This document shows, one piece after another, positions 10,070-19,100 of a stretch of 64,000 nt of DNA. A model generated the notes under the pieces. The model made no database searches. It was not told the DNA's origin and was given only the letters and a program-made list of their open reading frames with translations. Both the position numbers and the translations under genes were made by a program. This DNA comes from Candidatus Pacearchaeota archaeon (GTDB lineage: Archaea > Nanobdellota > Nanobdellia > Pacearchaeales > GW2011-AR1). The stretch is taken from positions 2,838-66,837 of the forward strand of contig JACPLR010000007.1 of the NCBI GenBank assembly GCA_016186425.1, in the 5' to 3' direction. The stretch's first letter is position 1. The number at the start of each line of letters is the position of its first letter.

Positions 10070-10214
10070 CGCCTCGGGGAGGACTCGAACCTCCGACCCC
10101 ACGGTTTCCGTTTGGTCTACCAAAGGCAGATACAACATGTAACAGCCGTGTGCTACTACCTATTGCTCCTTCTTTATGCCATTATCAGCTAAAAAAAGTC
10201 TGAGCTACCGAGGC
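10070..10214 (-). tRNA. tRNA-Asn(GUU) with two putative introns (D-loop and anticodon loop)
   Basis: Minus-strand read: acceptor GCCTCGG/CCGAGGC, T-arm GGAGG-TTCGAGT-CCTCC, anticodon stem CACGG/CCGTG. The anticodon loop CU-GUU-A is interrupted by about 34 nt. A further insert of about 36 nt lies within the D-loop (GCTCAGAC[...]GGTAGTAGCA). Discriminator G; no encoded CCA; 145 nt total. Confidence 0.75.
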
Positions 10215-10988
10215 AAATTCATCTAATCCTAAAATTAAATGATTATCTAAAATCCGATAATATCTATATAAACCTTTTGGGATGACAACAAACACTTTAT
10301 ATTTAGGCTCTAAATACGAAATTTTATCTTTCAGTTTATAAGATTTAACTTCGCCTCTCCACATCGTGCATTCAATAATAATTTTTTCGTTTATCAGAAA
10401 ATCTGGGAAAAAGTATTTATCTCCAGATTTAATCAAAGGTTCATACTGATAATCTAACCCAAGATTAAAAAAGATATCTGCAACTTTCTTCTCAAATAAG
10501 TTTCTTACTAATTCCCCTTTTTTAGTTTTATAATTATATCCTCCTATTTTCTTAAATCTATTATATTGTAATTTATAATATTCCTCGGGTTTGTTAGTTT
10601 TCATATAATGATGCCATTTTTTCAATTTCCTAGATTGTATATCCTGAAGCTTTTTCATATCCCTTTCAAAAGTTCCTTTTTCTTTCTTAGCTTTAACACA
10701 ATTTAGCCCTCCAGATTTTTGTCTAAAATTATCCTCGAGTTTATTAGTAATATATTTCTCAATATTTTTAATCCCAATAAAACCTAATAATTTACTAACT
10801 CTCTCGTCTGGAATAAACCCACCAACCAAATATCTATCAATAGAAGAACTAGGGACGTTAATCTGTAAAGCTAATTTTCTAGAAGAACCTGCTTTCTTAA
10901 CTGCTTTATTAATTAATTGTTTTTGATTATTTAATTTAAGATACATATAATAAATAATAAAACATAGTTTAAATACTTTTCCCTCCAT
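10185..10988 (-). CDS. HTH domain plus PD-(D/E)XK-like nuclease-fold protein (hypothetical)
   Basis: 267 aa (alternative start ATG at 10946). N-terminal HTH-like segment (SSRKLALQINVPSSSIDRYL). C-terminal YFFPDFLINEKIIIECTMWRGE...K resembles a D...E-x-K nuclease core. The last 10 codons and the stop lie inside tRNA-Asn exon 1 and intron 1. Confidence 0.45.
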   Translation of the reverse strand: MEGKVFKLCFIIYYMYLKLNNQKQLINKAVKKAGSSRKLALQINVPSSSIDRYLVGGFIPDERVSKLLGFIGIKNIEKYITNKLEDNFRQKSGGLNCVKAKKEKGTFERDMKKLQDIQSRKLKKWHHYMKTNKPEEYYKLQYNRFKKIGGYNYKTKKGELVRNLFEKKVADIFFNLGLDYQYEPLIKSGDKYFFPDFLINEKIIIECTMWRGEVKSYKLKDKISYLEPKYKVFVVIPKGLYRYYRILDNHLILGLDEFASVAQTFFS

Positions 10989-11010
10989 AATAAACTAGCG
11001 GGGCAACTAA

Positions 11011-11499
11011 CTAATACTCTCTTTTATGACTCTTCTCAAGTCTTGCATAAACATTTCCCTGCTTGCTTCCTTTTATTAATGAAATAACCGCTTGCCTTGC
11101 ATTCTCAAAATCACTGCTTTCAGCAATAATTGCAACATCATTATCTTTTACAGCAATAATAGCATTTGATAAATCCTGAAGAACCCTTAATGTTTTCCCT
11201 TGAGTTCCAATAATTCTTCCTTTTATTACCTTTAGATCATGCCTTTTTGTATGGTCTTTAATATGAATCGCCTCAAACAAATAATCCTCATTCAGCAAAA
11301 GCAAGGCATCTTCAATTAAAAATGGATAATCCAAGGCAAGTAAAACTCTCTCTGCAAAATACTCATCTACCTCATTATCAAAAGCAGAAGTTATAGAAGT
11401 ATTCTGGCCCTTAACAGTAATTTTAACTTTGAGCTTTTTCTCCAACTCATCTTTATTCTGAAGGATTTTTCTTGCAGATTTAATATAGAGGCTTTTCAT
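11011..11499 (-). CDS. KH-domain RNA-binding protein (Dim2/Pno1-like)
   Basis: 162 aa. KH-like GxxG region RIIGTQGKTLRVLQDL and the pattern of a second KH. Typical archaeal neighbour of translation genes. Confidence 0.55.
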   Translation of the reverse strand: MKSLYIKSARKILQNKDELEKKLKVKITVKGQNTSITSAFDNEVDEYFAERVLLALDYPFLIEDALLLLNEDYLFEAIHIKDHTKRHDLKVIKGRIIGTQGKTLRVLQDLSNAIIAVKDNDVAIIAESSDFENARQAVISLIKGSKQGNVYARLEKSHKREY

Positions 11500-11590
11500 A
11501 TAAAAATTAGTAAATTTAGGCTTAAATATATTATGAATATTAAAATTAAGGAATATCCAGATTATTAATTCAAATCAAATTTAAAAAAGA

Positions 11591-11703
11591 CTAATAAATT
11601 GTGCTAAATTTTTCACATAGAAAAATTTTATATTGTAATGATTCAGAAATTGTTTTGAAATCATGCCATATCCTTGCCTGATTTTAATGAGTAAACTAAC
11701 GAT
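11591..11703 (+). repeat. IGR-A element, full length
   Basis: CTAATAAAT...AAATTTTTC-acata-GAAAAATTT...GTAATGATTCAGAAATTGTTTTGAAATCATGCCATATCCTTGCCTGATTTTAATGAGTAA. Confidence 0.95.
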
Positions 11704-11744
11704 ATTTTATTAAACAATTAAACTTGCATAATTCATTGTATAAG

Positions 11745-11825
11745 TCAGGTAAAAATATTGCAATATTTTCAAAATAAAGTTTAGCTAAATATATAATATC
11801 CCTATTTTACTTACATTGAAAAGCC
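11745..11825 (+). repeat. IGR-A element, degenerate (no hairpin 1)
   Basis: TCAGGTAAAAATATTGCAATATTTTCAAAATAAAG...ATATCCCTATTTTACTTACATTGAAAAGCC parallels the copy at 54475. Confidence 0.5.
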
Positions 11826-11871
11826 ACATAACAATTTATACTTTAATTATCTTTATCAACGTTTAATATTA

Positions 11872-12183
11872 TTAAATCAGATTCTCTATTCCCTTTAAAT
11901 ATCCTCTTTCTTTTAAGAACTGAGCTTCTGAAGGATTATATTTGAATAAAAGATCTCCTTTCTCATTGTCAAATTCCCATGGCTTTACAATAACAATATC
12001 TCCTTCCCTAATCCACAAACCCCTTTTTAACCTTCCAGGAACTCTGCAGTTTCTTGTCTTGCCATCACTGCATTTAACAAGCATTCTGCTGCCTCCAACT
12101 CTCTGATCTATCATTCCTAGAAACTCTCCATGTCTGGGAAGTTTTACTCTTACCTTTTGAAATTGATTATTTGGATTTTCCAT
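11872..12183 (-). CDS. eif1a: translation initiation factor aIF-1A
   Basis: VRVKLPRHGEFLGMIDQRVGGSRMLVKCSDGKTRNCRVPGRLKRGLWIREGDIVIVKPW is the canonical aIF-1A/eIF1A S1-like OB fold. Confidence 0.9.
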   Translation of the reverse strand: MENPNNQFQKVRVKLPRHGEFLGMIDQRVGGSRMLVKCSDGKTRNCRVPGRLKRGLWIREGDIVIVKPWEFDNEKGDLLFKYNPSEAQFLKERGYLKGIENLI

Positions 12184-12248
12184 TTAAAATAATAATAAAA
12201 TAGAATTAAAAACCTTGCTATTTCTAAAAATAGTAAAAAAATTTAAAA

Positions 12249-12437
12249 CTAAAATGATTTTTTAGCGCCTTCCTTAATAGCCTTCATTGCATTGTCTTCA
12301 GACATCATAGCGCTCATTTTTGTTCCGCAGCTTGTACAATTTCCTTGAGCCATAAATCCTCCTCTAGAAGTCTTAAGAACTGTGGGATTTTTCATCTCAC
12401 ATTTTGCTTTGCACTTAACGCAATATCCTTGTACCAT
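12249..12437 (-). CDS. small zinc-ribbon protein (DUF5679-like)
   Basis: 62 aa with CVKCKAK...C-x2-C (CTSCGTK), a four-Cys ribbon. AGGAGG-type RBS (AAAGGAGGAATAT) upstream of the ATG. Confidence 0.5.
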   Translation of the reverse strand: MVQGYCVKCKAKCEMKNPTVLKTSRGGFMAQGNCTSCGTKMSAMMSEDNAMKAIKEGAKKSF

Positions 12438-12554
12438 ATATTCCTCCTTTACAATTATTAATAAATTTATTTGATTTACTAATCTAGTTTAAGAGGTTTT
12501 TAAATGCTTTTATTAATAAAATATTACTAAGAAGGAACAAAGAAAATATAAAAG

Positions 12555-12606
12555 TTACTGAAATTATAATCTATTTTTACTTATTTATTAGAGAAAGTAA
12601 CTAATC
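12555..12606 (+). repeat. IGR-A element, degenerate 3' half
   Basis: TTACTGAAATTATAATCTATTTTTACTTATTTATTAGAGAAAGTAACTAATC. Confidence 0.45.
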
Positions 12607-12698
12607 TTTATTAAAAATATTACCAATGTTTAAAATTAATTAATATAATATTACTTAACTTAATAATCTGCATATCATATTTTCAAAATATTTACAAA

Positions 12699-13115
12699 TT
12701 AAATCTTAGCCCTCACAGAATGTTTTGCTCCACAAGCCAAGCAATGTAAAAATAAAAATTCGCCTTGCTTGATTAATTCTGTATCCGGTTTCTTACATTC
12801 TCTGCACATAACAAATTCCTCAACATAAAATATAATTTTATCATTTATTTGCTGCGATTGAATTTTCCTATTCAAAACAAGCCTTTCATTTTCTATTTTT
12901 GAAAAAGCAGCAAGTTCACGGGAAAGAAACTTGGCTAAATGAAGGCAATCCCTTCGCAAATAAGAACATATTTGCAAAAAATTAGAAATTATGGTTTTAT
13001 TCCCTATAACTTGTGCATTTGCTTTAGGAATTTCAAATCTTTCAGCATAAGAACTAACGCTAACGGGCTTTACTTTTTCATATGCTTCGTTTAATAGTTC
13101 TTCGTAGCTCTCCAT
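12699..13115 (-). CDS. eif2b: translation initiation factor aIF-2 beta subunit
   Basis: MESYEELLNEAYEKV...FVMCRECKKPDTELIKQGEFLFLHCLACGAKHSV (C4 zinc ribbon). Start moved to ATG 13115; the 50-codon upstream extension in the track overlaps the neighbouring gene and is atypical. Confidence 0.85.
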   Translation of the reverse strand: MESYEELLNEAYEKVKPVSVSSYAERFEIPKANAQVIGNKTIISNFLQICSYLRRDCLHLAKFLSRELAAFSKIENERLVLNRKIQSQQINDKIIFYVEEFVMCRECKKPDTELIKQGEFLFLHCLACGAKHSVRAKI

Positions 13116-13175
13116 AATTCCTATACCATAATACCCTTTAAAAAGGTTTATAAAAACAATCTTCTTATAATAAAC

Positions 13176-13772
13176 ATGTTTAGAATAAAAAATTTTATCA
13201 TAGGAATTGCAATTATGATACTTACAAGTTTTGTTGCAATCTATGGTATTCAGACATTTTATCAAGAAGAGCCTGCTTGGGAGAATTATTGCGGAAATAT
13301 AACTTCCCCACCTTATGAATTAAACATAACTTCCCAGCAATGCGAATCTCTAGGTGGAAAATGGAATCCAACTTATATTGATAGAACCTATCCAGTGCCT
13401 GTAAAAGGAACTCCTGAAGGATATTGTGATTATTACTATGAATGTAATCAAAAATTGACAGAAGCTCAAAAAATCTTTTCCAAAAATGTATTTTTAATAT
13501 CTGTTCCAGTAGGAGTTATATTAATTATAATTGGTGGAGCATTATTTGGTCTTGAATCAGTAGGGGCAGGAATAATGCTTGGAGGGATAATAACCTTAAT
13601 TTATGGAGCAAGTAGATACTGGCCAAATGCAGGAAACAAGTTTAAGTTTGGTATTTCTCTAGTTGGTTTAATAATTGTAATAATTCTTGCATACTGGCTT
13701 AATAAAAAAATGAGCGAAGAGAAAAGCAAGGGAAAATGGAACTCTTTTGTTGATAGGTTTAAGAGGAAATAA
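13176..13772 (+). CDS. hypothetical membrane protein with Cys-containing extracytoplasmic loop
   Basis: 198 aa. N-terminal TM, a Cys-bearing segment (CGN...CESLGGKW...CDYYYEC), then 3 hydrophobic segments. Confidence 0.5.
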   Translation: MFRIKNFIIGIAIMILTSFVAIYGIQTFYQEEPAWENYCGNITSPPYELNITSQQCESLGGKWNPTYIDRTYPVPVKGTPEGYCDYYYECNQKLTEAQKIFSKNVFLISVPVGVILIIIGGALFGLESVGAGIMLGGIITLIYGASRYWPNAGNKFKFGISLVGLIIVIILAYWLNKKMSEEKSKGKWNSFVDRFKRK

Positions 13773-13803
13773 ATTTTCTAAAAAAGCTATAATCTAATAT
13801 TAT

Positions 13804-13872
13804 ATTATTTTCAATAATATTCTGAAATCATACCGTATCCTTGCCTAATTTAAAGTAGGTAAGCTACTAACC
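13804..13872 (+). repeat. IGR-A element, 3' half
   Basis: TTTTCAATAATATTCTGAAATCATACCGTATCCTTGCCTAATTTAAAGTAGGTAAGCTACTAACC. Confidence 0.85.
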
Positions 13873-13979
13873 ATTAGAATAATCATTTAATCTATATTTA
13901 ATTCTCTTTTATTATTTTCAAACCTATAAAATAATCACTTTTAAAAACCCTCTCTTCCTCTTTATTCAATTAATTTAAA

Positions 13980-14732
13980 ATGTTATCAATTTGGTTATAC
14001 TCTTTAATAAGTGTTTTTATTGTAAGCTTGATTTCTCTTATTGGAGTTGCAACTTTATCAATTAAAACAGAAAAACTTGAAAAATTTCTTATTTACATGA
14101 TTTCGTTTTCAGCAGGAGCTTTGCTTGGAGATGCTTTTATCCATCTCTTACCAGAATCTTTTGAAAAAAGCGGTTTTGTTCTTTCAATTTCTTTGTTCAC
14201 TTTATCTGGAATTGGTTTTTCTCTAGCTACTGAAAAAATAATTCAATGGCGCCATTGCCACCATCCAACAACTCGCTCACATCCACACCCGTTAACAACA
14301 ATGAATCTTATAGGAGACAGTGTCCATAATTTTATCGACGGAATAATAATAGCTGCAAGTTATTTTATTTCAATTCCTGTAGGCATGGCTACAACCCTCG
14401 CTGTAATATTTCATGAAATACCCCAAGAAATAAGCGAGTTTGGAGTTTTGTTATACGGAGGGTATACAAAATCAAAAGCAATTCTTGCAAATTTTTTAAT
14501 AGCACTCACAGCGGTTTTAGGAGCTGCATTAACACTAATTATAGGAACACAATCACAATCAATTTTGACATTTCTCATACCTTTTGCAGCAGGAAATTTT
14601 ATTTATATTGCCTGCTCTGATCTTATTCCAGAACTGCATAAAGAAAGTGAGAATATTTCTAAGTCTATAATTCAAATATTTTTATTTATTTTAGGAATAG
14701 CTGTAATGGCTTTGCTTTTAATGTTAGAATAA
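13980..14732 (+). CDS. zupT: ZIP family divalent metal transporter (ZupT-like)
   Basis: His-rich loop HCHHPTTRSHPHP and the ZIP signature HEIPQEISEFGVLL. Multi-TM. Confidence 0.8.
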   Translation: MLSIWLYSLISVFIVSLISLIGVATLSIKTEKLEKFLIYMISFSAGALLGDAFIHLLPESFEKSGFVLSISLFTLSGIGFSLATEKIIQWRHCHHPTTRSHPHPLTTMNLIGDSVHNFIDGIIIAASYFISIPVGMATTLAVIFHEIPQEISEFGVLLYGGYTKSKAILANFLIALTAVLGAALTLIIGTQSQSILTFLIPFAAGNFIYIACSDLIPELHKESENISKSIIQIFLFILGIAVMALLLMLE

Positions 14733-14785
14733 AAAAGTGTCAAAATCATAAGAATTAACTCCTTAAACTTAAAACCCTATAAGCC

Positions 14786-14880
14786 ATTTATAAATTTTAT
14801 ATGATGAAAATTTATCATTGTAATAATTCAAAACTTTTCTGAAATCATGCCATAATTTTATATATTTTATTCTTTAGAAT
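14786..14880 (+). repeat. IGR-A element, full length with diverged tail
   Basis: Hairpin AAATTTT-atatgat-(G)AAAATTT at 14792-14813. ATTGTAATAATTCAAAACTTTTCTGAAATCATGCCATAATTTTATAT. Confidence 0.8.
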
Positions 14881-14927
14881 TAGAATTTTTAGATTATTTT
14901 TTTAATTTAAGATATATTCATAATTAT

Positions 14928-15533
14928 TCACACTCCCAACCATCTTAACAACCCGGGCCTTGGCTCGTATATAATTCCCTGCTCTAAAGCTTTCTTAATC
15001 TCTTGATTAATTAATTCAGGGGCTGAATGCAACTCCATTATCAATTTTTCAGAACTTATTCCTTCTGGTTCTGAATCCTTGATTCTTTGTTTTATCTGGT
15101 CTGTTAAAGCCAAAATTTCATTTTTATCAACAACTTTGGGCATTTCTTTTTCAAATTCTAACTTTCTTACCAAAAGGTATCTCGGATCCTGAATTTTCAT
15201 GATCTCAGGAGTGAGGTAAAGCTCATTATTATACCATCTTAATAAACCAACAACCATAATAGTGTCTCCCTGATTAATATTCTGGAATTTAGCAACATCA
15301 TCACCAAATATTTTAATTCTAATCTGCCCAGAAGCATCATCAATAGTCAGGCTAACATACTGTTTTTCGCTGGAATTATATTTTTCAACAACATTTGCAA
15401 CAATATTAACTCTAACAACTCTTTTATTATCTAGCTCAAGAAATCCGAATCTTTCATTATCCATAATAGGTTTGCCACTTAAGATATCTCCAACCCTTAA
15501 TTTGTAAGCTATTTGTCGTTTAAAATCTGCCAT
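14928..15533 (-). CDS. OB-fold ssDNA-binding protein, RPA32/RPA2-like with C-terminal winged helix
   Basis: 201 aa. OB-fold pattern (VRVNIVANVVEKY...LTIDDASGQIRIKIFGDD...GDTIMVVGLLRWYNNELYL) plus a C-terminal wH-like region. Confidence 0.5.
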   Translation of the reverse strand: MADFKRQIAYKLRVGDILSGKPIMDNERFGFLELDNKRVVRVNIVANVVEKYNSSEKQYVSLTIDDASGQIRIKIFGDDVAKFQNINQGDTIMVVGLLRWYNNELYLTPEIMKIQDPRYLLVRKLEFEKEMPKVVDKNEILALTDQIKQRIKDSEPEGISSEKLIMELHSAPELINQEIKKALEQGIIYEPRPGLLRWLGV

Positions 15534-15652
15534 ATTCCCTCTTTTTACTCTATATCAAATAAAAAAGAGAGTTTTTAAGTGTTTAGTTAGTAGATTAATA
15601 TTACATATTGAAGGATAATAATATTTATAATATAAATTAATTAAAAGAATAA

Positions 15653-16015
15653 ATGGCTGTAAATGAAAAATTAGAGAAGGTTGTTTTAGAAGCAATGGTA
15701 GATTTCTTAAATGAGCGTGATCCTTCATTTAACTCAATGTGTGATGGTGAAAAAGAACTTGGATTATCTTTACTTACTGAATTTTCAATGGCTAAAACAA
15801 TGGTGGATGAAATATCTAAAGTAAGGATACATGTTAATAATATTATTATATATGGCTATGATTTTAATCAAGAGCATGATGAAGAACCGGCTAAAGAAGT
15901 ATATGAAAGAGCTGTAAAAAATACCAAAGAATTTAGCGGACATCCTAACATGGAATCTTTTGTTTCATCGGGAATTGTTAAAAATAGATTTGGATGGTAT
16001 ATTACTCATATATAA
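15653..16015 (+). CDS. hypothetical protein (120 aa)
   Basis: Clean ORF with no family recognised. Confidence 0.45.
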   Translation: MAVNEKLEKVVLEAMVDFLNERDPSFNSMCDGEKELGLSLLTEFSMAKTMVDEISKVRIHVNNIIIYGYDFNQEHDEEPAKEVYERAVKNTKEFSGHPNMESFVSSGIVKNRFGWYITHI

Positions 16016-16133
16016 ATCAGGTTAAATTTTTCAATTGAAAAATTTATTATTGTAATGATTCAGAAATTGTTTTGAAATCATGCCATATCCTTGCCTGATT
16101 TTAATGAGTAAGTTTCAAATTTTTATTAATTAT
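16016..16133 (+). repeat. IGR-A element, full length, extended-tail subtype
   Basis: Hairpin AAATTTTTC-aatt-GAAAAATTT at 16024-16045. The core is identical to the 11591 copy. The tail GAGTAAGTTTCAAATTTTTATTAATTAT is shared only with the 20958 copy. Confidence 0.95.
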
Positions 16134-16162
16134 CCTGTAGATATTCCTTTTTTAAAGCAATC

Positions 16163-19100
16163 TTAAACCCTCTGAATATATCCTGATTTTGGAACAAAAA
16201 TATCTCCAGACATCCTAAGCTTTTCAATTGCCTCATCTAATTCAGCCTTATTTATTTTATTTTCAAGTTCTTTTTCAAGTTCTTCCATAGGAATTAATTT
16301 TCCCATTTTTGATTCTAACTTAATAATTGCATCTCTAACCTCAATAAACTTGCCTCTCTTGCTTGTCGTTACTCCAGTAACTATTTTATCAATGTCAAAA
16401 GTCTTTGTCTCATAATCATAACCTGCCTGCATTAAATAAAATTTCATCAGATTAATTGCCCTCAAAGAATCTTCTTTTTCAACAATAGGAGATAAGCGAG
16501 TTTTAGCAGAAGCCTCGCTTAACCTTACTAAAGCTTCTAATTGCCTTGCAGTAATTGGAATTGGCTTTAACGGAGAATCCGACGCTGTTGGTGCGTTTCT
16601 CAAGCTCACATAAAAATTCTTTATTTCTGCAACAGCTTCATCAGAAAGTTTAGGTATTATTTTTTGTTTTGCATAAGCAACATATTTTCTAAATAACTCT
16701 GGTTCTATACTCCCTCTTAAGATAGTATTTTGTTGTTCAAATAAAACATGAGACGCAATTGCTTCATCTCTCGCTTTTTCTGGCAAATCCCTTAACATAA
16801 AAATAACATCAAACCTGTTTAATAAAGTTGGCTGAATATCAATTTGCTGTGCAATTGCCTGATACGGATCAAATCTTCCAAATTTTGGATTCCCCGCAGC
16901 AAGAACACTTGTCTCAGCTCTCAAACTCGCCTGCACATTTGCCTTGCTTATTGTTACAGAATTATGCAAAACCATATTATTGGAAATAAAAGAATGATTT
17001 GGTTCAATAGTCACGTCATAAACCCATTTTATATCTTTATTCTTGATAATTTCAACAGATTTTATTTTAGACCATCTTATTTTGCCTTTCGAAACTATTG
17101 GGAAGGGATCTCCTTTTTTAGTTTTGATTGCCGAATTAGTAGTAATCTTTTTATTTTTTTTAGTCCAGCAAGGATGTTCTGGAGTAACAATAACCTCACG
17201 TCCATTATTTAAATTAATCTTAACAAATTTATTCGAGGCAATATGCCTGCTAACTTTATCAATTTTAACTGGATAAATAGATTCAAAATCGGTTGTTAAA
17301 ATTTTTAATCCATTATTTAAAGGTAATATCTCGCAATTTATTCCATTAATTACATTATTTTTATCCTTTTCAATTAAATTGTCAACAAATTCCCCTATTT
17401 TTATTTTAGAGCCATCTGCAAAACTTAAATTAAAATTAGGCAAATAACATTGCTGTTCCATTGCCTCATGCATTGCGCTTCTATCCTGCTCATCCATTTT
17501 TTCAATTTCATCAATGCAAACAATTCCTTTGTTGCTTAATACCATCGCCCCGGCTTCTAAACTCCATCCTTTTAAAAATTCATCTCTGACAACAGTTGCT
17601 GTTAACCCTGCACCACTTGCCCCTCTGCCCACAACGTAACGCCCCTTAGGGGCAATTTTAGAAACAAACTTTAGGGTTATAGAATTATGTACTCCTATAC
17701 CATTTGCTACAAATGTATTTGTGCCTGGAATAAATAAATCATAAACTTCTTCCTGGGTTTCAACCTCTTCAATCTTATCAATTTTAGACCATACTATTGG
17801 GCTATAAGCAATTTTTTTTAAAATATCAAAATCAGGCATTTTCTCTTTTGTTTTTTTCTGAAACATCTGAAGAATTTTCCTTAACCTTAACCTACCTATC
17901 TCCCCTCTTTTCTCAACAGTCCTCATTTCTGCAGCAAAGGTTCTATTTCCATCAATTCTTCGGTTATATCCAAGTTTCTTGGTTAAATCATAAACCAACT
18001 CTCCAACAGGAAGAAGATTATAATAACTGTACATAGGTTTATTATAAGATAAATATTCTCTTCCATAAAAATTAAAGCTATCCCTAAATTTTTGTATCAT
18101 TTGAGTCGGAACAGAAAGGGAATAATATTCTGTTTTCTTCCCTTTATATGTATAAACTCTTGAAATAATCCTGTTTAAAATTCCTATTGAGAATAATAAA
18201 TCAGAAGTTCCATGTGCAAGATCTTTTGATACTGTAATAAGTTCAAATCCTTTAATTCTTTCATCGTCTTTAATAAATCTCCCGTCTCCAGAGAAAATTC
18301 CAGAGATTAATCCTTTAATGAAATCTCTAGGGGCAAAATAAGCAAAATCCGGAATTTTCTTAATTCGTGAATAGTTTCCTTTTACTTTGCTTTCTCGTTT
18401 TTTATCAAGATTATAACAGTAATATTTTAATAAATTAGAAAGGCTTTTTGATGAAATTAAAATTCCGTCTTTAGTATTCTTATCAACATTAAGCCCAATT
18501 TCATCTGCAAAATTAATTAATTTTTGCTTAAATTTCTTATTTTTATTTGAAATATTAACAGTTTTATCAGATCTTATATATCCTTCACTTAAAAAAGCTC
18601 CTATAAAAAAACCAAATTGCTCATTTAAGAGTATTTCGCTCGGCAACTGCTTTGAGTTAGTTAAATAAGTATTAAATTTATCAGTTTTTAGTTTTTTAAC
18701 AGATTCATGGTGAAAATTAATAGGTAATGGCAAATAAGTGTTTTTATCTAAGTCGCTTCCTTTTATTGGAACTATTTCTCCTTCTTTAGATAAAGTGATA
18801 AAAGAATGATCTAAAGTAGCTATTACACTTTTCCCGTGTTCGGTTGTTACCTTTATAAGTTTTTTTTCAGGAGAGTGTTTTATTATTTGTTCAACTTTCT
18901 TCCATTTTGGAGCATGATTATTCATGTCAATGGTCAAAGTTTTTAAGCTATGCGGATATTTTCCAAATTTATTAAATAAACTTTCAATAGTATCATATCC
19001 ATATTCTTTATTGTTAAAATACAAGACTTTCTCATTCTTGCCCAAACTTTTGGCCACGCCTGGATCCCCCACTAAAAGTATATGTATGTCTCCTCTTGTA

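Noticed and set aside
10021-10203. 60-aa + strand ORF
   Set aside because: It is the antisense strand of the tRNA-Asn gene. Its only relatively GC-rich part (PRGGLEPPTPRF) is the tRNA T-arm and acceptor read as protein.
8542-10988. Integrated mobile element at tRNA-Asn
   Set aside because: There is no integrase or recombinase, no duplicated tRNA fragment (att site) and no plasmid or viral hallmark genes. There are only four uncharacterised ORFs, which is insufficient evidence.
13116-13265. 50-codon N-terminal extension of the aIF-2beta ORF (MIKCLNTIDCNKTCKYHNC...)
   Set aside because: It overlaps the divergent gene 13176-13772 and has no counterpart in aIF-2beta. The internal ATG at 13115 gives the canonical N-terminus MESYEELL.
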